From Pseudomonadales bacterium (lineage in GTDB: Bacteria; Patescibacteriota; Microgenomatia; UBA1400; PJMF01), in assembly GCA_020632265.1 (NCBI GenBank), contig JACKFW010000001.1, positions 75,785 to 139,784 on the forward strand: a stretch of DNA of 64,000 nt, given 5' to 3'. Below are positions 40,256 to 50,381 of this stretch, piece by piece (within the stretch, counting starts at the first letter, position 1; the number at the start of each line of letters is the position of its first letter). Both the position numbers and the translations under genes were made by a program. Below the pieces are notes generated by a model. It was not told the origin of the DNA. It worked only from the letters and a program-made list of their open reading frames with translations, and did not search any database.

Positions 40256-41977
40256 ATGAAACAAATTAATTCTAAAAATAAATTATTTGCTCCATTAATC
40301 TTAGTTGTTTTATTTTTTTTCGGTATGCTGATGAGATTTTGGCAAATCGACCAAGCTCCAAAAGGTGCGCTCATCGATGAACTTCACTTTGGTTATATTG
40401 CTCAATCCTTAATTAAAACTGGTGCTGATGAACATGGACAAAAATGGCCATTAATTTTTGAAGGATTTGGTGATCGCAAGTTGCCTGCAATGGCATATTT
40501 AGATATTCCCAGCGTTTATTTCTTTGGTCTCTCACTTTTAGCAATTAGAATTCCTTCTGCATTGGCTGGATCATTATTAATATTAGTTTCTTACTGGTTA
40601 GTTTTAGAAGCAACAAATAGAAAAAAGTGGGCATTATTAGGTGCATTGATTACTACAATTAGTCCTTGGACTTTTTTCTTGAGTAGATTCGGTTTTGAAT
40701 CCAATCTGGCTTTATTATTTTTAACCATGGGACTAGCAGGTTTATTTAGCGCAGAAAGAACAAAAAAAAATAAATGGTATATCATATCTGCAATTGGTTT
40801 TGGTCTAACTTGGTATAGCTATATCGCATATAGGCCAATAGTGGCTATATTACTTTTTGTTTTTGCATTTTTAAAATTAAAAACGAATTTTAAAGAAAAT
40901 AAGAAAGCAATTTTTATTTTGCTTTTGTCATTTGCTCTCGTTGTTGCTCCATTATTTGCACCGAGTATTATTAGTGTAAATAGCACTCGCTTCGATCAAG
41001 TGGGGATTGCTTCTGACCCAGGAACTGCTCAAGTAATTAATGAAAAACGTAATTTTTGTTCAATGCATTTCCCAAGATTTTTTTGTGATATTGCTTCGAA
41101 TAAATTTGTTTTCATTTTTAAAGAGCTTACTCATCGATATTTGTCTGCATTCTCGCCGCAATATTTAGTTACTAGAGGTGAACTAACTACAGATTTTTTA
41201 GCAGTCGATTCTTTTGGACAATTTTTTCCACCACTTTATCCACTATTGTTATTTGGTTTAATCGGTCTAATTACATTTAAAAATCATAATTTAACTAAAA
41301 ATCAAAAATGGCTTTTATTTATTGGGTTATTAATTTCTCCAATACCAACAGCTCTAGTCGGTGAACCACAAAAAGTTAGAATTTCCGCCCTATATACATT
41401 CATGTTGATATTTATTGTTTATGGCGCGATGGTAGTCGATAAATTATTGAAAAATAAAATATTTAAATCACTTTTCTTTTATGGATTAATTGTTGCTTTG
41501 CTTGGATACACTTTTCTGTTTCAAATAGAATATTTAGGAGTGCATACAACACAATATGAATATAAATATCAATCGTATCTTCCTGGATTAAACCAATATT
41601 TGGGAAATTTGCCAGAAGATACCTTAATTAATATCGTGCCGTTTTACTCCGATCCTTTGATGTTTTATGCATTCTACACAAATATGGATCCAGCTCTCTA
41701 TCAATCTCTGGCTGTCATTGACGATTTTGATGGCGCCAACTTTAGACATACTCTTGAACTTGGTAATGTTTTTGCACACAAATATTCCCCTGAATATGTA
41801 GCTTGTCTAGGAATGGAAAGAGGCGCAAAAGCTTACTTTGTAACTGATAAAAAACTTGAAAATCTATTTAAAATGTATGAAGAAAAATCTACAAATGGTG
41901 TTAACACATATGCATATGTTTATGATGTAACTGAATTAATGATCAAGGAAGACTGTGAAAATAAAGCAAATTTCTAA
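40256..41977 (+). CDS. ArnT/PMT-family GT-C membrane glycosyltransferase (first of a tandem pair)
   Basis: 573 aa. 'ALIDELHFGYIAQSLIKTGADEHGQKWPLIFEGFGDRKLPAMAYL', 'ITTISPWTFFLSRFGFES'. ~12 TM plus a C-terminal soluble domain. Confidence 0.7.
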   Translation: MKQINSKNKLFAPLILVVLFFFGMLMRFWQIDQAPKGALIDELHFGYIAQSLIKTGADEHGQKWPLIFEGFGDRKLPAMAYLDIPSVYFFGLSLLAIRIPSALAGSLLILVSYWLVLEATNRKKWALLGALITTISPWTFFLSRFGFESNLALLFLTMGLAGLFSAERTKKNKWYIISAIGFGLTWYSYIAYRPIVAILLFVFAFLKLKTNFKENKKAIFILLLSFALVVAPLFAPSIISVNSTRFDQVGIASDPGTAQVINEKRNFCSMHFPRFFCDIASNKFVFIFKELTHRYLSAFSPQYLVTRGELTTDFLAVDSFGQFFPPLYPLLLFGLIGLITFKNHNLTKNQKWLLFIGLLISPIPTALVGEPQKVRISALYTFMLIFIVYGAMVVDKLLKNKIFKSLFFYGLIVALLGYTFLFQIEYLGVHTTQYEYKYQSYLPGLNQYLGNLPEDTLINIVPFYSDPLMFYAFYTNMDPALYQSLAVIDDFDGANFRHTLELGNVFAHKYSPEYVACLGMERGAKAYFVTDKKLENLFKMYEEKSTNGVNTYAYVYDVTELMIKEDCENKANF

Positions 41978-43577
41978 TTACTTTTTAATCTTAATTGTTT
42001 TTCTTGCATTTGTTTTAAGGATAGTCTCACTTGGATCAGTACCTAAAGGCTTACAATCAGATGAAGCTTCTTTTTTGATCAACTCAGCAGCAATTTTAGA
42101 AACTGGAAAAGATGAAGATGGCCGGCAATTTCCAATCTATCTTAATTCATTGATCGATAGTAAGCCTGCGCTTTATTCATATTTACAAATTCCTTTTATA
42201 AAAATTTTTGGAACAACAACAGCTGCTTCTAGAATGCCATCAGCTTTGATCGGAACACTTAGCATTTATTTATTTTATCTATTAATTGTCACAGTTTTTA
42301 AAGACGAAAAGTTGGCAATATTTAGTGCATTGATTTTAGCGATTTCACCTTGGCATATTGTGAACTCTCGAGCTACTCAAGAGGTGATTTTAAGTCTAGC
42401 TTTTATAATCACCAACCTAATTTTTGCTTATAAAATATTTTATGATAAGTTTTCAATTAAGAATTTAGTTTTATTTTTCCTAACTGCAGTTGGAGGCATG
42501 TATGTTTATCATGCTGCTAAAATAGTTCTATTATTATTTTACCTAATTCTTGCCCTAGCTAGTTTCATCAATAAAAAAGGTGGAGTTTCACAACAAAAAT
42601 CAATGTTAATTATATCTCTGTTGATTGTATTTAGTTTTGTTATTACTGCACAATCAGCTCTAACAAGATTTTCTGCAATAGGTTTATTAAATGATGATCT
42701 TCCTAAAGCACTTATTTTTGAAAATACTACAAAATCAACTCCACACACACCTTTATTAGCAATTAGAGCTTTTTACAATAAACCAGTAATGTACTTTAAG
42801 TATTTTCTTGAAACATATCTAGCTCATTTTGATCTCAATTATTTATTTACTATCGGTGGTGCTACAAGAAGATTCATTGTGCCTCAGTACGGTTTATTCC
42901 ATATGTTTGAATTACTTCTTATTCCTTTAGGGCTGTTTACTTTAATAAAAAAACATACTAAGGAATTACTTCCCTGGATTTTACTAGTCCTCATATCACC
43001 AATTCCTGCCGCTCTAACAACTGAAGAAATTCCAAGTAGTATTCGAGCTTTCACATTAATCATTCCCTTGATCTTGGCATCAGCAATGGGATTTAATTAC
43101 CTATCTGAGCTATTTCATAAAAAAAGCAAATATTTGTTTTATTTTGTATCAGCTTTTGTGTTTGTATGGAGTATCACTGCATTTATTCAACAATTTTTTG
43201 TTATGATGCCAATTCAAAATACTCATTACCGAAGTCGATCGTACGAAGTTGTCAGTGAAATCATTGCCAATGAACATGAAAATTATAATTCTCTACAATT
43301 TACCAGTGATCTTAGGGAAATGTATATCTATTTGTGGCAACACAACCTGATTAGCATTAATGAAATCCAAATTAATCCAATGGCTCGATACTCACAAAGC
43401 TATACTTTGGGAAAATTTAGCTTCAATCAATATCAATGTAAATTTGAAAATGTTTTACCAAATAGTTTATTAATAGCTCCTGAAAGTTGTTCTGATTCGC
43501 TAAAAAATACTTATTCTGTTCTAAAAACTGCCAATTTTGATGATGGAACACCTGGATTTGTTCTTCTGACAAATTAA
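41955..43577 (+). CDS. ArnT/PMT-family GT-C membrane glycosyltransferase (second of a tandem pair)
   Basis: 540 aa. 'LQSDEASFLINSAAILETGKDEDGRQFPIYLNSLIDSKPALYSYL', 'ILAISPWHIVNSRATQE'. Overlaps the upstream paralog by 23 bp. Confidence 0.7.
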   Translation: MKIKQISNYFLILIVFLAFVLRIVSLGSVPKGLQSDEASFLINSAAILETGKDEDGRQFPIYLNSLIDSKPALYSYLQIPFIKIFGTTTAASRMPSALIGTLSIYLFYLLIVTVFKDEKLAIFSALILAISPWHIVNSRATQEVILSLAFIITNLIFAYKIFYDKFSIKNLVLFFLTAVGGMYVYHAAKIVLLLFYLILALASFINKKGGVSQQKSMLIISLLIVFSFVITAQSALTRFSAIGLLNDDLPKALIFENTTKSTPHTPLLAIRAFYNKPVMYFKYFLETYLAHFDLNYLFTIGGATRRFIVPQYGLFHMFELLLIPLGLFTLIKKHTKELLPWILLVLISPIPAALTTEEIPSSIRAFTLIIPLILASAMGFNYLSELFHKKSKYLFYFVSAFVFVWSITAFIQQFFVMMPIQNTHYRSRSYEVVSEIIANEHENYNSLQFTSDLREMYIYLWQHNLISINEIQINPMARYSQSYTLGKFSFNQYQCKFENVLPNSLLIAPESCSDSLKNTYSVLKTANFDDGTPGFVLLTN

Positions 43578-43641
43578 TCCATTGTTAATCTCCAACCACA
43601 ACATTTGAATTACCACTAACTTTCAAAAATACATTTCAAGA

Positions 43642-45438
43642 TTATAAAATTCCTGGCCGAATATTCAAGGCTTCAAAATCCTTGGAAATTAATGAAAATT
43701 CATCACCTAATTTGGTGGATATATAAACTAAACTGAATAGTTCATACTCTTTTAAATATCCTTTATATTCCTCATAGTTAATTGCTCTCCAATCATTTTC
43801 CAGTAGTTTTTCAGAAGCATTTTTATTCAAAATTTGAGTAGTATCATTCCCAGGTAAAAATGGATTGTCTATTTTTTTAACTAAAACTAATAAGTCCCCA
43901 GTAAATCCATTTTCAGAAACAATTCGGTAGGCTTCATGTGGTCCATATGCCCAACCCATATATTTGTCTTGATATAAGAGGAAATTAGAAGTAGTTCTAA
44001 GAACGACATCAGAATTAGTTACATAGTTGCTTTGTTCGTCCGTCCTTGGGTCAATCCAAAGCCCATAATTGCCGTATCTATCATTAGCTGATTCCGCATG
44101 AGCAACATGAATAACTCTCGCGTTCTGACTCGTTCTGTCTAGACTGTTGACATCAATCATTCTTTTAACAAAATAATTCATTCCATAACTATCAACACTG
44201 GAAATATCATATGATACTTCTTTGATTGGAGTTGTTTTGCTTATTCTTGCGATATCTAAAGCCATATTAAGTTGGTTGCTTATTTGTAAAGAACCACTAC
44301 CTGCAATTGCTTTAAAGTTTGAAACTGTCGAAAAAGCTAATAAAAAATATAGTAATAAGAATATTTCTTTTGGATACTTAATCTTATTAATGAGAGGTGA
44401 AATAAAATTTGAGGCAAAAACAAACATTGCTGGTAAAAGAATAAAAAAGTAATATTCAGGTGAATTGGAACGATAAAAACTGAATATTACAACAACTATG
44501 CTAATCCACAAAAAGGAAATTGAAGTATTAAGCCCATTATTTAAAATCTTTTTAAAATAAAACCAAGCTACAAAAATAAGAATAAATAAGCCTACATAAA
44601 CGCTAATATTTCTTTCTAGCTGATATGGAACCAAACTCCCTAAAATTTCAAGAGCAGCCTTGATAGAATGAATAAATCTAGAATAAAATAACGTACCTCC
44701 AACAGATTCTTTTTCTAATAAAAATGAAATAAATCCCCTAGAGTTTAACCATCCGTTTTTGGCATCAAAAATTATTGTAGGTAAAAGACTTGATGCAAAT
44801 CCTAAGGCTGAGGCGATAATTGGTTTAATGGAAAATTTTTTATATATAAGTAAAGTTAATACTAATAAAACAGGCAACAATAATCCTGAAAAATGAGCCT
44901 GAAAACCTAAGAAACTACCAATAAAAATTAAAAATAAATCAATTCGCTTAGATTTTTTTTCAGTAATTATTCCCAATAAAGGAAAAAATATAAAAGCACT
45001 TGCTAAGAATGATAAGTTGGGATTCCATGCAATTCGATCAAAATATATTAAGTATGGAGAAAATGTCCAAATTAAAAGTCCAATGATGGCACTTTTTTTA
45101 GAAACGTATTTTTTTAATAAGAAAAATATTGATAATCCAGTTACAGCTGAAATCAAAGTAGACATTCCAACAATTGACCAAGGAGAATCAAAAAAGAAGA
45201 AAAATACAGCGGTAATATAATAGACTAAAGGTCCTGTGAACATTTGGGCTGGTCCAGTTCTTGGACCTATCAAGGTTAAGTTTCCATTCTTAATGTCTTC
45301 GGCATTTGTTAAAATTTGTACTTGATCAAAGCCAAAGGGATAAAGTTGAGGCATGTATGCTCTATAAAATGTACCTGTTAATATTAAAATCACTACTAAC
45401 GTTGGTAAGTTGAAGAATTTTGAAATAAATGTTTTCAT
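43642..45438 (-). CDS. GT-C fold membrane glycosyltransferase candidate ('AWNP'-motif family)
   Basis: 598 aa. 'FGFDQVQILTNAEDIKNGNLTLIGPRTGPAQMFTGPLVYY', 'FDRIAWNPNLSFLASAF'. ~11 TM plus a ~200 aa C-terminal soluble domain. Confidence 0.5.
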   Translation of the reverse strand: MKTFISKFFNLPTLVVILILTGTFYRAYMPQLYPFGFDQVQILTNAEDIKNGNLTLIGPRTGPAQMFTGPLVYYITAVFFFFFDSPWSIVGMSTLISAVTGLSIFFLLKKYVSKKSAIIGLLIWTFSPYLIYFDRIAWNPNLSFLASAFIFFPLLGIITEKKSKRIDLFLIFIGSFLGFQAHFSGLLLPVLLVLTLLIYKKFSIKPIIASALGFASSLLPTIIFDAKNGWLNSRGFISFLLEKESVGGTLFYSRFIHSIKAALEILGSLVPYQLERNISVYVGLFILIFVAWFYFKKILNNGLNTSISFLWISIVVVIFSFYRSNSPEYYFFILLPAMFVFASNFISPLINKIKYPKEIFLLLYFLLAFSTVSNFKAIAGSGSLQISNQLNMALDIARISKTTPIKEVSYDISSVDSYGMNYFVKRMIDVNSLDRTSQNARVIHVAHAESANDRYGNYGLWIDPRTDEQSNYVTNSDVVLRTTSNFLLYQDKYMGWAYGPHEAYRIVSENGFTGDLLVLVKKIDNPFLPGNDTTQILNKNASEKLLENDWRAINYEEYKGYLKEYELFSLVYISTKLGDEFSLISKDFEALNIRPGIL

Positions 45439-45492
45439 ATTTAAAAAATTATAGCATCTAAATACTGTCTAGAAATGCCAGTAAATTCGCAT

Positions 45493-47460
45493 CTATAAAT
45501 TAATTACTTTCCAACTTCCAAATGGCTTTACTTCTAGATTATTTTCAGAATCTCCTAACATCTTTTGAAATACATTTGTAAGATGATCATCCTTGCATAA
45601 AAATATATTAATATTTTCAGACTCAATCAGTTTTTTTAAAGAAATATCATCGTTAGTTTTGATAATTTCATTTAGTTCGTCACTAATTTTTTTATCACTA
45701 CCTATTAACTCTAATTGGGATGGATTGGCCAGATATACTTTCGCAGGAGATAAAACAGAAACCAATGTGCTGTGATAAATATATGAATTTTCAGGACAAA
45801 TCATTATCTTATCGCTAGAACTTAAATTGGTAAGTTGATTGATGGTTTCGTTTTCTAGTAAAAACGGAGAGTTAGTTTTTTCAAAAAATGTTTTAATAGT
45901 TGTTGGAATAGCAATCAATAATAAAATTAGAACAATCAATATTTTTAAAAACTTTGGCTTTTTTTCCAAAATTTCAGCGATGAAAACTACAAACATGATA
46001 TTCGCAAAAACTAATGCATAATACCAAAATTGAATTGAGTTCCAAACTATTCCTTTTTGTAAATATAGTAATGGAAAAATTGAGCTAAATAAAAAACCTA
46101 CAAAAATATAGACAAATAGGTTCCAATTGACATTTTTTTTCAACTTTTTAAAAAATAGAAAAAGAGGTAGGCCAAAGAATAGTGATCTAATTCCCAAATT
46201 TCCAATATAAAAAACTATCAGTTTTTTTGTCTCTAGCAAAATCAATCTTAGCCAATTCTTTTTAAATAAGTAATGATCCTGAAGAAACTTCCACTCCAAG
46301 TAATTAACTCTATCAGGGCTTTCAATCATTGAATTTGTATACCACAAGGGCATATAGAAAAAAGAGTCTCCTTTAAATTTAGTGATCAACCATACAAAAG
46401 GTAATGAAAATAGCAAATATATTATTCCCAATAAAAATGGGTAAAAAGATTTATATTTAAATATTTCTCTTAATAATACGACTGCATAAACTACGCTTAA
46501 TATTACCCAGGCGTAACTCTTAAAACCAATGCTCGTTGCAATAAAAATAATAATGAGAAAATGTAGTGCAAAATATTGTCTAGTTTTATTGGTAATTTTT
46601 CCAGATATTAATTCTAGTTCTAAGATGAGTAAAATAACTACGTAAGTTATTATTAATGTAAATATAACCTGAGGATTAACAATCATCACAAATGTTTGGC
46701 TGACCCAAAAGCTTGATTCAGCCCAAGGTTGGTCGGGATGGAAAAAAACTGGAATTAAATAAGAAAGACTACCAAATAATGTAGTACTTAAAACTAAAAG
46801 ATATCCAGAAAATTTGTTCTTGAGTTTTTCACCTAAAATAAATGCGCTTAATACAAGTCCAATGCTTAAAAATATTACGGACACTTGATAATAAAGTATT
46901 AGGCTTGAAATCCCAGAAAATTTAACTAATCCGCCTAAAAATAAATCATAAAAATAATGATAATTTGTTAAAACAATAGTATCTGTAGAAGGATGAGCTG
47001 GTGGAATACTAACTTGCAAATTTTTAATTAATGCTAAGTGCCAAAAACTATCATGAACTTCTTGCAAAACTAGATCTCCAGCAAAGTTTATTCGACTGAA
47101 TATCAAAGTTGATGTAAATAGTAATGTGCAAGTTATTAATAGTATTGATCCAAAAAGATTCTCTTTTATGAAATTAACTAAACCAGAATATATTTTAAAT
47201 ATCTGTGGATACTGTAAAAATCCAGTAATAAAGATAGGAATCAAAAAATAATAAGCTGAGACACTTAAAAATTGCCCGACTATTGCAATAACAGAAGTTA
47301 CTAGGGATATACTCAAAAACATAGCAATTAAATATTTTTGAGCACCATCAAGTTTAATTTTAATTTTTTTTAGAATCCATAAACCAAATCCCATATATCC
47401 AAATATAATCATCAAAATTACAAGTATCAGTTTAATTATGGTGTATAGATATCCAATCAT
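45493..47460 (-). CDS. Polytopic membrane protein of unknown family (655 aa), candidate polymerase or GT-C
   Basis: ~14 TM. Conserved-looking loop 'HDSFWHLALIKNLQVSIPPAHPSTDTIVLTNYHYFYDLFLGG'. C-terminal ~120 aa soluble. No family confidently recognised. Confidence 0.3.
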   Translation of the reverse strand: MIGYLYTIIKLILVILMIIFGYMGFGLWILKKIKIKLDGAQKYLIAMFLSISLVTSVIAIVGQFLSVSAYYFLIPIFITGFLQYPQIFKIYSGLVNFIKENLFGSILLITCTLLFTSTLIFSRINFAGDLVLQEVHDSFWHLALIKNLQVSIPPAHPSTDTIVLTNYHYFYDLFLGGLVKFSGISSLILYYQVSVIFLSIGLVLSAFILGEKLKNKFSGYLLVLSTTLFGSLSYLIPVFFHPDQPWAESSFWVSQTFVMIVNPQVIFTLIITYVVILLILELELISGKITNKTRQYFALHFLIIIFIATSIGFKSYAWVILSVVYAVVLLREIFKYKSFYPFLLGIIYLLFSLPFVWLITKFKGDSFFYMPLWYTNSMIESPDRVNYLEWKFLQDHYLFKKNWLRLILLETKKLIVFYIGNLGIRSLFFGLPLFLFFKKLKKNVNWNLFVYIFVGFLFSSIFPLLYLQKGIVWNSIQFWYYALVFANIMFVVFIAEILEKKPKFLKILIVLILLLIAIPTTIKTFFEKTNSPFLLENETINQLTNLSSSDKIMICPENSYIYHSTLVSVLSPAKVYLANPSQLELIGSDKKISDELNEIIKTNDDISLKKLIESENINIFLCKDDHLTNVFQKMLGDSENNLEVKPFGSWKVINL

Positions 47461-49076
47461 TCTTTTTTTTCTTCAGTTAGATATATTTGAAATTTCATTT
47501 TTCCATCAGATCCATAAATTAGATGTTGGGCTTTTTCAATTGGAAGTTCATCTGAATTACTCCCCACAATTAAAGCATTATTTCTAATCAAGTCACCAAT
47601 ATTAATAGATGAATTAAATTCATATTTAATTAACGAACCGCCTTGATACCAAATTGGATTAGTTTTTCTGGAAAACAAGGCGTAAATGTATGGTTGACCA
47701 TATTTTGAAGTAAAAACGATCTTGTCCACTTCTCTATAGCCATCTAAACCCTTTTCATATTTTTCAGCAATATTAAACGCCTCTAAATATCCATCAGAAA
47801 AATCTTCTGCAGACTGACTTGCAAACTGTGTAAAATACTTATTCAAAAAGGTGATGGCTATCAAAATATGAATAGCTAAAAAAGTTCCTGCTACTGATTT
47901 GAGAATGATATTATTTTCACTTTTAGAGCCCAAGAATTTTTTATTCGATTTAGATTTTTCCAAAAATTGAAGTAGAAATTCAAAACCATATACTGCCATA
48001 AGTAAAAATCCAGGTAAAGCTAAAATAGCTCTGTTAGCATGAGGAACTTCTAAAGAAACTGCAGCGGGTAATAAACCAATAAATATTATTGAAAAAATCA
48101 ACAATTGTTCTCGGGATCTATTTTGATTTAAAATAATTGAAATTGCTCCAAACAAAACTAGAAGAAGAGTTGTGATATATAGAACTCCCATAAATCCTGG
48201 TCCATGTCTTAGAGTTGTAGTTTCTCCCAAAATCAAAAAGTTTGGAGATAGGTGAGTGGCAAAACTCACAAGAACATATTTAATTTTTTCAAGCAGAGAA
48301 ATATTAGATGAAAAAATAGTAACTCCAGCTCTTGTTAAGCCTTCGCCAAAAAAAGAATCTTTTATTAGTGGAAATAGTAGAATCGACATACCAAAAATTA
48401 ATGCCAAGATTTTTTTAAGATTGCTTTTTACAAGTGGGAAAAACAATACTGAAAATTCAAATAATAAAACTGGAACAAATACCTTTGCGCTATGATATGT
48501 GTAAAGAGCAGCAACAAAGCATAATCCTCCTAAAACTAATGACAAACGCTTGATAAAATTACTCCTAACTGCTGTCAAACTAAAATATAATCCCCAAATA
48601 ATAAATGTAAGTGCCATTCCCGATTCAAAACCTGCGCGAGAAAAGAATATATGCCAAGGTGATAGCGTTAATAAAAATCCAGCAAACAAACTTAAATACT
48701 TGCGATACTTATTTTTTTCAAATATAAGATCTGCCAGCAACATCATACCTAAAATTCCTAAAATTGAACTAATTGCAAAGGGCAAGCGAACCGCAAACAA
48801 ATTTAATCCAAAAACATTTGTAAATGGTCCATTTAGATAGATTGCTAAAGGTGCTTTGTAATCGCCAAAAGATTGAAAGCTGACTGGAAGTCGATGTAAC
48901 CACTCGTCTCGGCGAGTAGTGAAGATTGCAAAACCGTTGTAACCTATTGCAGCTTCATCCCAAGTCATTCCGTGAGGAATATTGCCAAGCTGATAAAAGC
49001 GCAAAGCAACTGCTAGGGATAATATTGCTAAAACCGACAATAAATACCATCTTTTTTTAAAAAGTTTAGCTATCAT
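47457..49076 (-). CDS. ArnT/PMT-family GT-C membrane glycosyltransferase
   Basis: 539 aa. 'MTWDEAAIGYNGFAIFTTRRDEWLHRLPVSFQSFGDYKAPLAIYL', 'LLTLSPWHIFFSRAGFES'. 4-bp overlap with the upstream gene. Confidence 0.7.
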   Translation of the reverse strand: MIAKLFKKRWYLLSVLAILSLAVALRFYQLGNIPHGMTWDEAAIGYNGFAIFTTRRDEWLHRLPVSFQSFGDYKAPLAIYLNGPFTNVFGLNLFAVRLPFAISSILGILGMMLLADLIFEKNKYRKYLSLFAGFLLTLSPWHIFFSRAGFESGMALTFIIWGLYFSLTAVRSNFIKRLSLVLGGLCFVAALYTYHSAKVFVPVLLFEFSVLFFPLVKSNLKKILALIFGMSILLFPLIKDSFFGEGLTRAGVTIFSSNISLLEKIKYVLVSFATHLSPNFLILGETTTLRHGPGFMGVLYITTLLLVLFGAISIILNQNRSREQLLIFSIIFIGLLPAAVSLEVPHANRAILALPGFLLMAVYGFEFLLQFLEKSKSNKKFLGSKSENNIILKSVAGTFLAIHILIAITFLNKYFTQFASQSAEDFSDGYLEAFNIAEKYEKGLDGYREVDKIVFTSKYGQPYIYALFSRKTNPIWYQGGSLIKYEFNSSINIGDLIRNNALIVGSNSDELPIEKAQHLIYGSDGKMKFQIYLTEEKKE

Positions 49077-49192
49077 AATTTTCTAATTATATACAAACCT
49101 ATCTTATCGTAATTGGGCTCACACACCAACTAGTACTTTGAAGTAATATTAAATGCTACAATTACATTACTATACTCAAAATATAGATTATT

Positions 49193-50353
49193 ATGAATTC
49201 TAAATGCATAAATTTTCTCGTTACTAATATAATTGCCTTAACAATTATCCTCTTATTAACTCTATTTCCAATTTATAAATATTGGAACATATTCTCAAAT
49301 CCTACTGATATGGAACGCTATGAACAATTATATGCAAACTCACAATACGTTTTAGGAGAGGCGTCAACTCATAAAATAGATGACAATGAAGTTTATATTT
49401 ATGCAGGTTATACCTATATTCGAGGAGATGATCCAACCCTGGTTAATTTTGAGCACACGCCATTGGCAAAATATTTTCTTGGTTTTTCATACTTATTAAC
49501 AGGTAATTCTGTACTACTAAATATTCCCTTATATTTTTCAATTTTGCTATTGTTCTATTTGCTTGCTAGTAAATTTATTAAAAATAAAATCATTTTGTAT
49601 GTTTTGATTGTTTTGATTGGTACGCAAAGACTTTTTTACTTTAATGTTTCTCAAGGAATGCTAGATTTACCAAACCTTTTCGCAACACTGTTATTTTTTA
49701 ACATACTTTTCTCAGAAAAGAAAAATCTTATTTTAAAATACTTGTTTCTCGGTTTATCACTTGGTATTTTTGCAGGCACAAGATATCCTTTTCCTTCAAT
49801 ATTTTTATTAATCATCCCATTATTAATTTGGGCATTTTATAAAAGTGAGTTTAAATATTTACTTGTCACTTTATTATCGTTAATTAGCACATACTTTGCA
49901 ACTTACGTGATTTATTTCAAACATCATTCATTGGCACAGTGGCCAAAATTTGAATGGTATAGATTTATTTGGTTTGCAGGCAATAGAACAATACCAAAAT
50001 TTTTAATATTTCAAACTATTTTTTTAGGAAGATTTTTAGGTTGGTGGAATAATGAATGGCAAACTATCTCAACTTGGTCAATTGTTTGGCCAATTACATT
50101 TGTTGGAAGCATCGTTGCTACTTACAAGAATAAATTTAATTTAAAAAACTTTGTCTTAATTTTATACACTTATGGATTAATTATATTCTATTCAATTGCA
50201 GCTGCCTCATATGATAGATTTTTAATTCCAATTATTCCATATTGGGTAATATTACTTGGAATCGGATTAGACAATATTGGAACAAAATCAAATTTTTTGG
50301 GCGAAATCAAAAGATCTTTAAGAAGTGCAAAATCTCTTAAAGATGTATTTTAA
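49193..50353 (+). CDS. PMT_2-like (GT39-like) membrane glycosyltransferase candidate
   Basis: 386 aa, ~9 TM. 'RGDDPTLVNFEHTPLAKYFLGFSYLLTGN' parallels the PMT family 'D-x...-E-H-P-P-L-a-K-y-l-i-a-l-s' loop. Confidence 0.45.
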   Translation: MNSKCINFLVTNIIALTIILLLTLFPIYKYWNIFSNPTDMERYEQLYANSQYVLGEASTHKIDDNEVYIYAGYTYIRGDDPTLVNFEHTPLAKYFLGFSYLLTGNSVLLNIPLYFSILLLFYLLASKFIKNKIILYVLIVLIGTQRLFYFNVSQGMLDLPNLFATLLFFNILFSEKKNLILKYLFLGLSLGIFAGTRYPFPSIFLLIIPLLIWAFYKSEFKYLLVTLLSLISTYFATYVIYFKHHSLAQWPKFEWYRFIWFAGNRTIPKFLIFQTIFLGRFLGWWNNEWQTISTWSIVWPITFVGSIVATYKNKFNLKNFVLILYTYGLIIFYSIAAASYDRFLIPIIPYWVILLGIGLDNIGTKSNFLGEIKRSLRSAKSLKDVF

Positions 50354-50381
50354 ATATATTAGGATTTTTCTAAATATATTT

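Noticed and set aside
50352-50381. Possible bidirectional terminator hairpin between the convergent genes 49193..50353 (+) and 50382..51422 (-): 'aaatatatt'-12 nt-'aatatattt'
   Set aside because: The stem is composed solely of A/T pairs and is itself a palindromic direct repeat ('taaatatatt' x2). The predicted stability is too low to call a Rho-independent terminator with confidence.
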